Assembly: GCF_008831285.2 (NCBI RefSeq)
Contig: NC_045138.2
Coordinates: 1,178,001-1,242,000, forward strand
Direction of reading: 5' to 3'
Length of the DNA stretch: 64,000 bases
Source: Nymphaea colorata
Taxonomy: Eukaryota
Shown in pieces: positions 1-13,409 of the stretch. The notes beneath the pieces are model-generated. The model was not told where the DNA came from. It did no database searches and saw only the letters and a list, made by a program, of their open reading frames with translations. Position 1 is the stretch's first letter; each line of letters begins with the position of its first letter. The translations under genes were made by a program, and so were the position numbers.

Positions 1-139
1 TATTGGCTGGAACGAAGCATGTACTAGCTGCAGAGAGGTCGATTCTATTCATTAACTACATATATTTTTTCTTTTTTATTGAGTAGGAGGTTGACAATTT
101 ATTAAGATTGGGACGTCGTGGGTTACCTGATACTCCGCC

Positions 140-395
140 TAGGTTGGGTTCGAGCAGCCTTAAAAAAAAAATGGCACCCGGTCAGCTGGAAATGTTATGG
201 GACTGGGCCAGATGGGCTCAATAATAAATTTTAAAGTATATTTTATTATTTTTAATATATAATTATTTTATTATACTTTTAATATTTATATATGATTTTA
301 TATTAAAATATTTATTTTATAATTTAAATTGATTGGGCCGGACCGGAGCTGGGGCCTGAATTTTAGGCATCAGGCCAGGATTGGGCCCGACTTAC
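140..395. mobile_element. Degenerate MITE-like repeat (GGGCC-rich blocks around an AT-rich core)
   Basis: Same GC-block/AT-core layout as the repeats at 29.0-30.5 kb and 32.85-33.39 kb. Termini and TSD not resolved; boundaries approximate. Confidence 0.4.
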
Positions 396-3300
396 AATTT
401 GTCTTTTAAAAGAAAGAAAAAAGACTTGGATATCGAGTCCAAATTGGAAAGAAAATCATATAACAAATCCAAATCCAATTTACTAATCAAATCTAAATTT
501 TTCTTACAAAAGCTTAAACTAGTTGAATCTGAAAATGAATCAAACATTAGATTATGCACCATCGACATCCCTAGTGTTTTTATTGTGAAACTCAGCCACC
601 CAAAGAGGAATTAAAATTTTGTATTAGTTCTACATGGATCGGATTCAAATCCAGTATGCTACTTTGAACACTGAAGGTTTGTTACTGATTGCTTTGAGTG
701 AAATATCTTGTTATTTTATGAAAAGTTAGAGTTAAGGAGGAAATCATTTGTTTGGTGCATTTTTGAGGTGCATTTTTTCTTTTTAAAACGCTTGTAAACA
801 TCTTAGGAAAGGAAAAAAAAAATTCTTTTTTGCACCAAGAATTTCAAATATAGTTTACTCTGTTATTATGATTATTTACACCATTGGTATCACAAGTTGT
901 CTATTTCAGCTCCATGGATTTGGGTCTATACATAATTTTGATATTGTTACCCAATGCTTTTATGCACCCATGTAAATTGAGATTAGATTTTGTTATTCTA
1001 CATTCAATACAAATTAATCGTATATATATATATATATATTAAATTAAGTCATCACAAAACCAATCTCCAAAAAATAACTCAGTGAGCAAATTGAATTTAG
1101 ATTTGGGCTATCTAGATCTAATACAAATTAATTTTAGATTCATTTTCCAAATTCAAAACATGGAAAAACCATGTTATTATCATCCAAACGGTATTAAGCA
1201 TGCAAAAGTCTAGAAAACTAAGTTTTAGCCTGCCATCCAAACATCCAAAAACTAAATTTCCAGAACCAAATTGAAACTGAGTTACAAACAAACCCGTTTT
1301 CTATCCTTGTCATCCAAATTATACCCAAATCTCTTCTCCACTAACAGTAGCAATATGCAGTGGGTCTCATCCCCATGGACAACAACATCAACAAGTTTGG
1401 TAAGAAGATGAAACCTTTTAGCATCATGTTTGATAATTCATCAACAAGTTTGGGGCAAATTCATGAGACACTTGCAGAACTTAAGTTACATTATCTGTTA
1501 CATTATCATCAAAAGTTGGCTCATATTAGGAAAATAAAAATGTGGAGCCCATTTTTTGAACTTAAGTCTAAGAGTTGGGTCCCTAGGTGGAAATTTCCCG
1601 ATCATTCTCTTGAACATATGTCATTTTTCTTGGCTGAGCAATCCCTAGGTTTTGGTGATTTCCTTCATTTTCATCTCTTTGATCATAATCCGGTTTCCTT
1701 GATTTTTAGATCTCTGCCTTTTCTTTTTCATTGTTTTCATTCCAAATCCCTGGATCATGATGACTCCAAATATTGCCCCACATTGTTTGAATGAAGGATC
1801 AATGCTTGACCCTTGTTATGATGGGTAGTGAACAGTAATCAATGCAAGCATCAGTTTGGTTTCCAATAACACATAACAGTTCCAATTACTCAATACCATG
1901 TCATGAATAGAAAACAACTCTCACTCCCACTTTCCGCACATCATGCACGTGCATGCATGTACATGTACATATAAATATGTGCATACTTGCATATACACAT
2001 ACATAAAAACATAGTCATAAAAAAAACCTGATAAATTAAAAAAATGTTAAAAATAAAAAAAAACACGTTTTAACACATTTTCAAAGAAATTTTTTCGTTT
2101 TTATCACTTTTTTCATTTTTTCTCCTTTTTAATGCCAAACAGTTTTTTTTGTTTTCTATGTTTCATTTGTTGAAATTTACTTATCTTTTGATGTTTGTGT
2201 TATTAGTTTCTCACTTTTTTTTAGTTTTTTTTTAAGTTTATATTTTTTCTATTTTTTTAAACTCGCCTATTATTCTTGAGAAAAACTTTGCAATTTAAAA
2301 CTTCGAAATGTTATTTGTGGGTGCACAAAAATAATCATCATTTAACCTGACCCACAACTGACTTGAGTATGGTAGATCTCAATATGCCCTCTAGTGGACA
2401 AAAGATTGTCTCGGGCAGTGGGTCGTAATCCTCTCACTTACTCAGAATAAATCTTCTGATTGGCTATAATTTATGTTGAAAAAAAAAGCTATCGACTAGC
2501 GTAACAAATAAATATGAGACAGAAGTATATACATAGATCCTTGAGAAAAAAAAAACTTCAACAGGATCCAATTTTAAGTCTTAATCTTCACATTTGGGTA
2601 GGGTCCAATATGGTCCCACACTGTGGAAGTATTTGGGAGATGTTTACCAACTCTCTGCTGCTTGAAAGAAGTGACTTCATGAAGCTTCAAGTCTGTAAAT
2701 GGCCATTGACAGCTCAAGCACTTGCAATTTCACCAGAAAGGACCCTCCCCAATTGGTGCACTTTCTACTTTGAATAAAAAGATTTTGGTAGGAGACTGAA
2801 CCACAACATTCAGTTCCTAATTCCAACTAATGCCCAAAAGCAAATGTTGATGCTTTCAAATTAATGCACTCCTTCTATTGGATGAGAATGAACATGCATT
2901 CCTGTGACACATCTATTCAAGTTCTTGAAATAAAAAGGTTAACATTATTTACCATTAAAGCTAATTTCCTTAAATTGTGGCTTCTCATCGACCTTACATT
3001 CATTAATTGGCACCTTCATTAATTTGGACATCCTATATGGGGGATTAGGTAGATTCAGCTACTCGTAAGGCTGGCCAAGAAACAAAAAGCTATCTGCATA
3101 GTAATTTGTCCTTATGAAAAGTTGCTTTTGCTTTAGCATTTTCTTTCTTAGAAATTCTATTTGTTGAGTTTGATTAAACATCACTAACAAAGTAACAAGT
3201 TGTTTTCATGGATACCCACTTTGCTCACAATTTTAAAATCAAATTTTAAATCAAGAGCTATATTAATCAAATACTATAGCTAAACTTAAATAAGTCATAG

Positions 3301-3556
3301 ATTCCACTGTAAGCATGGGTTCTTAGTATCTGTACAATGACATCTTCATCATTCACCTCTAATCTCATGCATTACAAGCATGAATTTTCAATCTTGAAAT
3401 GTACTTTTGAGAAACTTCACATCACTAATATGTGTTATACAAATTACCAAATACTAGACCTGATATTTTGGAAATATACTGACATTCATAACTTGTTTAC
3501 AATTCAAAAGTAACTGGGTAATATGATCATGAAATCATCGTCATAATTCTTTGAGA

Positions 3557-4004
3557 CTTTTTTCGAAGATTCCTAATTATTTGAATATGTAAATTATATT
3601 AATTCTAATTTTTTCTTTTCTTTACGTCTTTGTGAAAATAACGCTGTCTTTATGATATCTTTCATTGTAAAGTTTTCTTTTGTTTGTTTAGCAATTTCAG
3701 GACAATTGGTTTCATTTCAACTTCCTACTACCACAACTGTAATCCAATTGCTACTTGTTTAATGGAAATTGAGCTTTTTTAGTCTGTTTTCTGTGTGGTC
3801 ATAAATAAATTAAGCTCCGTCTAGATGCTAAATGGAGAAGCTATCCATGACTTGTGTTGCAGATTATTTTCTTTTCTGGGCTATGTGCAGTTTGGCAACA
3901 ACACATCTCCTTCTAGAGTATTCATATTTTAGAAAATAATCAGTTTAAGTGCAAAATTCGTGTTCTACATCAAAAGAAATTCTCCAGGAGAGAATCAACA
4001 CATG
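3557..4004 (+). repeat. Left arm of ~450-bp inverted repeat (partner 5293-5739)
   Basis: Reverse complement of 5293-5739 along its length, e.g. caaaagaaattctccaggagagaatcaacacatg (3971-4004) vs catgtgttgattctctcctggagaatttcttttg (5293-5326). Confidence 0.95.
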
Positions 4005-4907
4005 TTGGTAAAGAAAAAAGAAGACTGGATTCTGGGTAGCGGGCAGTTACTTTCACTCTGCTTGAAGACGATTAAATATTTGCCATCCAAAACTATGGAA
4101 TTCATGGTCAAATGTAACAAAGGAATAAAATAATTTAATTATATTCTCAGGTTCTCATATGCATGTAATTCTATATTAGGGTCATAAGATGATTGCCTCA
4201 GGCAATTAGAGATATATGATTTTCATGTCACCTCCATACCCTTATTTGGCAAGGCTTTTCTCTTCCATATACTTGGTAATCCTTACTTGTAAACAGTTAA
4301 AATAGCAAAATTAAACTTAATCACCTATGGTAAATATAAATAAGGCCATGGATCTTGATCAAGAACATATGTCAGTTAGGAAAACCCAAACTTTAACTAG
4401 AACCAAATGATCCAACATGAAATAACCACGACCGGTAAATTATTCGGCTTTCTATTTACCAATTTACATAAACAACCAATCATGTAAACAACATAAGTAC
4501 AAAAAATGGATAAGGAATTTCCTTTTCAATTCCATGGCAGTACCTTTGTCTACAGCATCATTTTTCAGTAGGCAAGCAAGATGTCACTACTCTTGCTAAA
4601 ATCACACAATAAATAGATTTTTAACTTAAAATCTTGATGAAGTTACAATATTTCTTGTTAAATAAGCATGCACAATAACACAACTTAGAAAACCATTATA
4701 TATACTTGTTCTTGGTGCATTACAGATGGCTTATGATCAGAACAAGAAACAGAAAGTAATGAAGATACCAATCGATGTTAGGTGACGGTCTGAATCTGAA
4801 AAAAAGATCTAAAAAGGTGCTGAAAGAGAAATCCAGAAAGAATATTTGCCTCGACTGTTAACTTGAACTAATTCACAGATCATAAGTTTACATCTGCAGA
4901 GGACAAT

Positions 4908-4940
<33 letters not shown>

Positions 4941-4953
4941 CATACAAATATAC

Positions 4954-5010
<57 letters not shown>

Positions 5011-5030
5011 CATATATACACATATATATA
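4908..5030. repeat. Compound (CA)n/(TA)n microsatellite
   Basis: Visible dinucleotide runs; source of the spurious YIYI/CVCV ORFs. Confidence 0.95.
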
Positions 5031-5292
5031 TCATTGCATTGTTCTTTATCAACATTACTCATTTTCACTAAATCACATTCTTACTATTTTAGCTAATGAT
5101 TTCCTTTCTCAAGTTAAGCTTACTTGAAACCTTTACTCGATACCTTTCATTAAAAGTGGTCTCCTAAGGAAAAAGATTGCAAATGGAGGAATGTTTGTTC
5201 GAAGCCACAAGCAAAGGAACCTTGCTTTTAAGTAGATGACCGGTTCAGGTGGTTTAATCAGCTTGACCCTAGGCTTAACAGGAGGCCCTTTT

Positions 5293-5739
5293 CATGTGTT
5301 GATTCTCTCCTGGAGAATTTCTTTTGATGTAGAAGATGAATATTGCACTTAAACTGTTTGTTTTCTAAAATATGAACACTCTAGAAGGAGATGTGTTGCT
5401 GCCACACTGCACATAGCCCAGAAAAGAAAATAATCTGCAACACAAGTCATGGATAGCTTCTCCATTTAACATCTAGACGGAGCTTAATTTATTTATGACC
5501 ACACAGAAAACAGATTAAAAACCACAATTTCCATTGCTTTAAACAAGTAGCAATTGGATTACAGTTGCGGTAGTAGGAATTTGAAATGAAACCAATTGTC
5601 CTGAAATTGCTAAACAAACAAAAGAAAACTTTCCAATGAAAGATATCATAAAGACAGCGTCATTTTCACAAAGACGTAAAGAAAAAATTAGAATTAATAT
5701 AATTTACATATTCAAATAATTAGGAATCTTCTAAAAAAG
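5293..5739 (-). repeat. Right arm of ~450-bp inverted repeat (partner 3557-4004)
   Basis: Reverse complement of 3557-4004 with scattered substitutions and small indels; spacer ~1.29 kb. Confidence 0.95.
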
Positions 5740-6651
5740 ACTACATATATATATATGTGTGTGTGTGTGTGTGCGGTGAAGGGAATGAGATTAAGGCCCC
5801 GTTTGATTGTTGGGGGAAACACTGTGCAGCAGGTGAAAAATGAAAAAAACGTACAAATGCAACCAGTGTTGTCAAACCCCGTTAAATTTGATGTGGTAAA
5901 AAATGAAATCCAGAGTAAACTTCCCCTGAAAAAAAAAATTCCTAGCCTGGAGAGTCTGACTTTTTTGTGAGAGATAAATTTGTTGCCCCTTAGGGCTTGC
6001 TCGTCTTTGACTCCTTTGACTCTTTGGGTTCCTCTTCGACCGCTCACCGTGCTCTCCACCACCACTGCTGCTCTGCCTCCATCCGTTGCCATGGTTGATT
6101 TTAGAAGTTCTTGAGGTACGCCAACTTCTCTCTTCCTATTCTGTGTTCTTTCTCTTCCTAATCCCTATGTTGTGCAGTTGCTTCTTTTTTTTTCTGCCTT
6201 TTTCTATTCAATCGGTGAACCTTGTTTATACCTTCTTCTTTTGATACCATTTTGACATTGCCTCCAGCTGTGCCGTGGTCCTTCAAAGAAGTTGAGGTAC
6301 ACCAACCTCTCTCTCCCTACTCTGCGTTCTTTCGTTTTGTAATCCCTACTTTGTCGAATGATTGTTTTGCTTGTCTATTGATCAGATTGATGAGCAACAC
6401 TAATTTTAACGTTAAAGGGGAAATTATCTTGGGAGTTGGTTTTTGGTGTGTTTCCGGTTAAACTTCATTTCTTTTTTAAGAATGGAGGATTTTATTGGAT
6501 CGTGATCACAAGTAGCATGTACACAAGCAGCAACTTGAGGCCACTTTACGTCAAGTTTAGCAAAGGTGGGGCCTGAATCAGGATTATACAAAATCTAGAG
6601 TCTGCATTTGACATTGTTCTCAATGGTGGAATCCAAGAACAAAAACTTTTC

Positions 6652-7391
6652 CTCAAACCATTTTCTGTACTTTATCTTCTTCTTCTTTTATACCAATGCT
6701 TCTTCTGTGATCCTTTCATGCCTCTCATCTCCAAAACTTATTCATTATCAACTCTCTATCTTTCATCTTGTTTTTTTTCCTTTAGGTTGTGTTTGACCTG
6801 AGGTTGCATCAAAAGATGTGTTTTGAGAGATTGTCAGTTTAAACAATCAAAGGATCTTAATAGCATGAATTTCAAATTCATGCTACATGTTAAAAACCAT
6901 GAGTTTAAGATCGGATTTGAGGGGAGGTGTCCGATCTCAAATCCATGGATTTGAGATATTAGAGTTTTCAGATTACCATGGATCTCAGATCTACGGTGAA
7001 CCAAACGCAACCTTACACTTTCAATTCTGCACTTATTGTCACAAAAATGCATTCTCCCATACTTTAGTCTTGTTTTTTTTTTCTTTATTGGTTTCGGGTT
7101 TGCACTAATTGTCTTAAGAATGCATTTGCATTGCTAGTGCACCTTTTCTTCTTTGCAAGTTCCATTCCGTGAACCTATGTCTTCCCCTCTATGTAGGCAG
7201 ACTTAAATTTACAGGATGGTGATGCCTTGGCAAACCACTATAGTAAAATTAAAGCAGCCCAAGAGGTCCAATCTTATGTACTACCATATTGTTTCTTTTT
7301 TCTTTTGTTGTCCATTGATGAAGATGGAGATAGATGTGTAGTCTTTACATACAATTGTCTTCAAAGCAGGGGCTAAAGCAGGTGTGGGCTA
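6652..7391 (+). repeat. Block X, duplicated in inverted orientation at 48828-49545
   Basis: e.g. ttgctagtgcaccttttcttctttgcaagttccattcc (7131-) vs ggaatggaacttgcaaagaagaaaaggtgcactagcaa (49051-). Confidence 0.9.
6785..7012. mobile_element. Tourist-like (PIF/Harbinger) MITE
   Basis: TIRs GGTTGTGTTTG...CAAACGCAACC flanked by TTA on both sides (6782-6784, 7013-7015); 228 bp, non-coding. Confidence 0.7.
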
Positions 7392-9999
7392 GTGAAAGTC
7401 TAAACGTTGGTTCGATTCCTCTGAGTACTACTCTTATAGACTGCAAACATAAATGTGTTACACTTTAGTTTGTCGAAGCAATCGCATACCGAGGAAAGGG
7501 GAAGTTTCTACCTCTCTTCAAATCGACAATCCAATATTCTTTGATCTCAAAATTAGATTCGGATGAGACATTGCTTCACTTTGCATACCATGCGCATATG
7601 ACCAGGACAAGCGTCCTACTACCGGTAGGTTTGCATTCAAATCTAAATCAGGATTTAACTTAATCGATAATGAATCAGCAAAAGAAACAGATGAAAAGTA
7701 TACAATGTTTAAAACTAAACTAAATGTTGCATTTAGAAAGGATCGAATCCAGGTCCGGTTCAGATCTATACCTGATTAGTAGTTGAGGTCAACAATTGGG
7801 TAGGCAGTATTCCGACCCGCTTAGTTATCAGATAAAGCCAGTCCACGAAAGAGATAAAGAGGGGTGGGCAGAGTGGGACCCGGCTGGTGTCGAACGAGGG
7901 GTGGACTTAAAGATTGGGCTCATATCCAGTCAAGTCGCATTTAAAACAGCAGTAAGAATGTAAGGATCACATGTGGTTATATTGATTCAATGAATATGTG
8001 TGGACTGATACACACGGCCCCAAAAATCACCCGGTGGACAAAACATATTAATAAATGCGATCTGCAAAGTGTATTTAGTAAAGATTAGGTAAGCTTTGAG
8101 TGGCGCTATTTAAATGCATATGAAGGGAGAAACAATAAGGGCTCATAAATCATGATGCATCAAACTTGACAGCTTAAAAAAATTATGATTCTGATGGGAA
8201 CAATCATACTAAAGGTAGGTTCTTTCAGCTGAATCTATTTGAGCCACATTGAATTAACTGTTTTTTTTTCTTTATTCTGCCTTGTTCTTCGGAGTGGAAA
8301 TTCTGGTTGGACTGGACTTACCGCCACAAGACTCAAATCTAAATTCAAAAGCGACTGCGTGTGACAGATCTGGACCAGGTCCATACGGCACAAATGAGAA
8401 ATTATTGATGTCCTTTTCATTGGAAAGTTGCCCATCAATATTAGAAATTTGGATCAGAACGAATATCTTGTATGAATGACTATGAAATTCATACCCGGAA
8501 GGATATTAGTATATTACTAATAGTTACCTACAGATCTCATCAAAACTGGATCATATTCAATGCCTTGACACCCAACTGACCTGATTGTGAGATGCAAACA
8601 TGGATCTTTTCCATGTAATTCATTTTCTAGATTCAACACTTGGGATCGGCACACAAGTTTTTTTTTTAGTTATTTGAGGTAAACAGTGAGTAGTATTTCA
8701 TCACACCGCCTACCACCAAGAAGATAGCCAAAACCCCCACCCTTCCCCGTCCCTGAAGAGCATGTACCTCCACCACCTATCATATTTGACTTAATAAAAT
8801 CTTTGTTATCAACACTACATAAAATCATCTAAAAGGGTCTCGATTGGAAATTTACTGCTAACCAGCCTAGAAAATCTAAGAACTAGGCAAAAAAGGAGAC
8901 ATTGTATGTCAAACAAAATATAATTTTTTTTTGTGGAATCAATTTTTTTGTACTTTATTTTGATGAAAAATTCAGAGATCAATGATATTGTGCAGAAAGT
9001 AGAATAAGCATCAGATGTTAGATTTAATTACGGCTGACTTAATTGAAACGTGGACTTTTCTTTATTGTATAAGTTTTTGGATTTGTTAATACGTAGTTAT
9101 ACCATGTTGATTTTGGAGTTGGCAATATCGCACATTATATTAGAATTGGGTGAAAATTGATTCGATTTTTATCAAGCACAAAAATAAATAAGATTGTATG
9201 TATGCATAATCCAATCAAGATCAAACTCAGATGTGTTTAGACAAACAATGGATTCACTTGTAAAATTGATTAGAATATGAATTAGCGACTAGATTTTTTT
9301 TTGTTTTTGTTTTTGGGATTCAATGTCAAATTCAGAGTCGGGAAAAGTCCAATTAGCGCAACAATTGATTAGTGAAATTGGAGATGATTTAACTTATGTT
9401 TGAGCTAGGAAATTCAATGGCTTGCAATTTGGCTCCAATGTCGAGAAACATTAACATCTTATTAACAAATTGTATCAGATTTAAATTGAAGAAATGATAT
9501 ATGATCGTCAACTTGTGGACCGAAGAAAGGCTGACGGCCTGGAGCTGCAGCTTTAGCCTGCAAAGTTGTACCTAGACGATCATGCTGGTCGTAGTCAACT
9601 GTTACCTAATTTTAAAAGGCAAGAATTTGGATTTCTTATTACCTAAATTATTTCATATTATTTAGCTTGTAGACTTATATTTTAAAAACTCTTTACTTTT
9701 TGAATTAATAATTTCAATGGAAACTCTTAGTGCACACTAATAATCGTAATATACGTTTATTCAGCTTGTGTTTAATTATAAACAAAATTGTCCTCAGCTT
9801 TCTCTTTGAGGATTTGATTATCGAGGAGCTGAAGCATTAGCTCTGTTCATCGAGCAGCCCTACTAGCTTCAGTCATCCCAACTAAGTTAATTTGTGCAGC
9901 CTTGTAGCAAACTATGGCCGTCAAGTAGACTGCACAATTCCTTGATTTTCTAGAGGTTCTGGAAAGCAAATTTTTATGTCCTTGCATTGCTCTCGTGCA
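7389..9999 (+). repeat. Block Y, direct copy at 43537-45534
   Basis: Colinear match from ctagtgaaagtcta to cattgctctcgtgca. About 590 bp (9292-9884) is absent from the 43.5-kb copy, with ACTA at both ends of the gap. Confidence 0.9.
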
Positions 10000-10450
10000 A
10001 TTTCAGGTTAGATTCAGGCCGATGTCAGAACTCATTTGGACCTTAACGAGGCCAGAAAAGAAATGACTCTCTCTTGCTTCCAATGCTTCCCATGCATCGG
10101 TTGTCTTTCTCATTTAGCTGTAACAAATAATATTTTCGATTGTAGAGTGAAGAGGTAGTTTCTTCACAATGTTTCCTAACCGAAGAAACTACTTGCCTAT
10201 TTATACACACATTCACAATGCTTTTTAACCGAAGAAACTACCTGCCTATTTAGGAAAACCTTCACAATGCTTTCTAACCGAAAAAACTACCCGCCTATTC
10301 ATGTTTACCTTCATAATGCTTCGTAATCGAAAAATCTACATGGCTATTTATATACACCTTCACAATGCTTTCTAATCGAACAAACTACTTGCCTATTTAT
10401 ACATAACTTCACAATCCGTCCTAACCGAAAAAACTACCTACCTATTTATG
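9992..10450 (+). repeat. Left arm of the inverted repeat bracketing the F-box array, including a 49-bp minisatellite array (~6 units, 10163-10450)
   Basis: 9992-10160 is the reverse complement of ~16535-16708. Unit consensus cttcacaatgctttctaaccgaaaaaactacctgcctatttatgcacac recurs at 10212, 10261, 10310 (period 49). Confidence 0.9.
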
Positions 10451-10480
10451 CAAAAGAGCAACAAAAAAGAATTTAATCAT

Positions 10481-11283
10481 CTATTTTATTTCGATGAAAT
10501 AACTACACATGCCATAGGATTTCTCTATGCCATCACCAAAATTAGAGCAGATTTGTTTGACAAATTTATTTTACAAATTTATTTTACTCGTAAATCTATC
10601 TGCGTAGAGATGGGCAAAAGTGTCTGTCGTTTTCTTCGTCTTCCTCACACCACCAACCTTTTAAGGATTCACCTCTTGCCAGCCTGCCGCACTCACCATC
10701 AGCACAGTACGATGGTTGAGGCTATAGGAGTCCGTCTGCAATCCATAGGTCCCTTAGCATTTACACAACATTCTTCCTGCTCTTGACCATGTGTTGCAAC
10801 CTGTGAAGATAACAGAAGAACATTCTCACATGAAAATATTCAACCTGTAATATGTAAAAAAGAACCACAAATTCTTATCATGCCAAGAACATAAGCCGCT
10901 AGTTGATTTATTGCTACTGCACAAACCAATTCCAATGGCCATGAACCCTACTGGTACATGCACCGGCCCAGCCTTCGAGATCCATCCACAATGGTGGCTC
11001 ATCTGAGCACCCATCTATCCCTTGCAGCTTCACGTAGCATCTTGCACCTTCGCATCCTCTTTAAATGAAACCCTTTAGATAATCCATCCAAGGTGCTTGA
11101 AAGTTGAATCAATTGTAAATGACATAAAATTTATGTGAATTTCATGTTGACAAGATCAAAAACCGACAACATTGCTGGCGACGAAGAAACAACGCGTGCT
11201 ACGATCTTTACAACGACTTCTCCTTGAAGAACATCATGAGTCATCGGTCTCTTCGTCACAGCCTTCTTCATGATCTTGTCCAG
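10481..11283 (-). pseudogene. At1g67623-like F-box pseudogene, copy 1
   Basis: Exon 1 DVLQGEVVVKIVARVVSSSPAMLSVFDLVNMKFT, exon 2 CKMLREAARDRWVLR*ATIVD, and part of exon 3 (WCEEDEENDRHFCPSL). Start codon changed to CTG, intron-1 donor GT>AT, in-frame TGA, internal deletion near 10790. Confidence 0.75.
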
Positions 11284-11383
11284 GGAGCTTCTCCTACCCT
11301 CTCCTACTAAATTTTTCAATTTGTAAAAACCACTTGTTCTCTCTCTCTCTCTCTCTCACTTTTATATTTATGCAGAGGTAGTT

Positions 11384-11725
11384 TTTTCATAATGCTTCCA
11401 AACCAAAGAAACTACATGTTCATTTATGCATACCTTTACAATGCTTCCTAATAAAAAAAAAACTACCTGCTTATTTATGTACACTTTCGCAATACTTTTT
11501 AACCAAATAAATTACCTACCTATTTAGGAACACCTTCACAATGCTTTCTAACCAAAAAAACTACCCGCCTATTTATGTTTACATTCACAATGCTTCCTAA
11601 CGGAAAAATCTACCTGGATATTTATATACACCTTCACGATGATTTTTAGTCGAACAAACTACCTGCCTATTTTTGCATAACTTCACAATGCTTTCTAACC
11701 GAAAAAACTGCCTGCCTATTTATGC
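11384..11725 (+). repeat. 49-bp minisatellite array (~7 units) upstream of F-box copy 1
   Basis: Contiguous head-to-tail ttcacaatgc...cctatttat units. Confidence 0.9.
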
Positions 11726-11754
11726 AAAAGAGCAATAAAAAAGAATTTAATCAT

Positions 11755-12943
11755 CTATTCTATTTCAATGAAATAAATACACACGCCATAGGATTTCTCT
11801 ATGCCATCACCAAAATTAGAGCAGATTTGTTTGACAAATTTATTTTACTCGTAAATCTATCTGCGTACAGATGGGCAAAAGTGTCTGTCGTTTTCTTTGT
11901 CTTCCTCACACCACCAACCTTTCAAGGCTTCACCTCTTGCCAGCCTGCCGCACTCGTCATCAACACAGTACGATGGTTGAGGCTATAGGAGTTCGTTTGC
12001 AATCCATAGGTGTGTAACATTTGCACAGCCTTCTTCCTGCTCTTGAACAACTGGCAGCTTTGCCACCGCCGGCTTTAGCGGCTCTCTTCTGCCATTCCAT
12101 GCCTGCAACTGTTGATGGCCCTTGTTCTCATAAGAGAAAAATTCCACGAGCATACATGGCTTCCGTGCAGCGTTTGTAGCTGCCGCTAGGTGGAACCTGC
12201 AGGCCCACCAACATAAAAAACATAGAATGCAAAAACATATTATACATACACCGCATATTTATAAAAAAGGAAAGAGAGAAGCATAATTGATTTGATATGA
12301 TTTTTAAAGAGTTTCTCATCTTAGGAACAACAAGAAAAAGCTTGGAGAGTTTGATATACTGTTAAAATTTAGTAAAGTAATTGTTCTTTTCCTTGTTCCT
12401 GAATTCATGAATGCGTTGGAGTACTTGATGATAGCTTACAAAGCGTTGTTTCAAATTTGGGATGTGTTGCAACCTATGAAGATAACAGAAGAACATTCTC
12501 ACATGAAAAGATTCAACCTGTAATATGTAAAAAAGAATCCCAAATTCTTATCATGCTAAAAACATAGGCTGCTAGTTGATTTCTTGTCACTGCACAATCC
12601 AATACCAACGGCCATAAGCCCTACTGGTACAGCCACCAGCCCAGCCTTCGAGATCCATCCACAATGGTGGCTCATCTGAGCACCCATCTATCCCTTGCAG
12701 CTTCACGTAGTATCTTGCACCTGCGCATCACCCTTTAGAGAATCCATCCAAGGTGCTTGAAAGTTGAATCTGTTGTAGATGACAGAAAATTTATGTGAGC
12801 TTCAGGTTGACAAGATCAAGAACCGACAACATGGCCAGCGATGAAAAAACAACACGTGCTACGATCTTTACAATGACTTTTCCTTGAAAAACGTCAAGAG
12901 TAATCGGTCTCTTCGTGGCAGCCTTGTTCATGATCTTGTCTAT
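11755..12943 (-). pseudogene. At1g67623-like F-box pseudogene, copy 2
   Basis: Exon 1 DVFQGKVIVKIVARVVFSSLAMLSVLDLVNLKLT; exon 2 CKILREAARDRWVLR*ATIVDGSRRLGWWLYQ*GLWPLVLDCAVTRNQLAAYVFSM; exon 3 with CTEAMYARGIFLL*. Stops and mutated splice donors. Confidence 0.75.
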
Positions 12944-13039
12944 GGTGCTTCTCCTACCCACTCCTACCAAATTTTTCAATTCGTAAAAACCACTTGTTCT
13001 CTCTTTCTCTCTCTTTGGTATTTATGAAGAGGTAGTTTT

Positions 13040-13380
13040 TTTACAATGCTTTCTAACCAAAGAAACTACATGTCTATTTATGCATACATTTACAATGCAT
13101 ACTAATGAAAAAAAAAACTACCTGCTTATTTATGCACACCTTCGCAAAACTTTTTAACCAAATAAATTACCTGCCTATTTATGAACACCTTCGCAATGCT
13201 TTCTAACCGAAAAAACTACTCGCCTATTTATGTTTACCTTCACAATGCTTTTGAATCGAAAAATCTACCTGTCTATTTATATACACCTTCACAATGCTTT
13301 CTAATCGAATAAACTACCTGCCTATTTATGCATAACCTCACAATGCTTCCTAACAAAAAAAACTGTCTGCCTATTTATGC
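13040..13380 (+). repeat. 49-bp minisatellite array (~7 units) upstream of F-box copy 2
   Basis: Same unit as 10163-10450. Confidence 0.9.
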
Positions 13381-13409
13381 CAAAAAGCAACAAAAAATAA
13401 TTTATTCAT

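Noticed and set aside
1360..1794. 144-aa ORF
   Set aside because: GTG start, no recognisable domain and no supporting exon structure.
2514..2777. Exon-like, GC-balanced stretch (similar ones at 30870-31030 and 43030-43400)
   Set aside because: May be gene fragments, but I could not recognise a family or a consistent frame; BLASTX would be needed.
4809..5068. YIYIYI/CVCV ORFs (also 18497, 28439, 28482, 52074)
   Set aside because: Translations of microsatellites.
5712..6092. 126-aa minus-strand ORF
   Set aside because: No recognisable motif, runs into a microsatellite, and splice-like signals are on the opposite strand.
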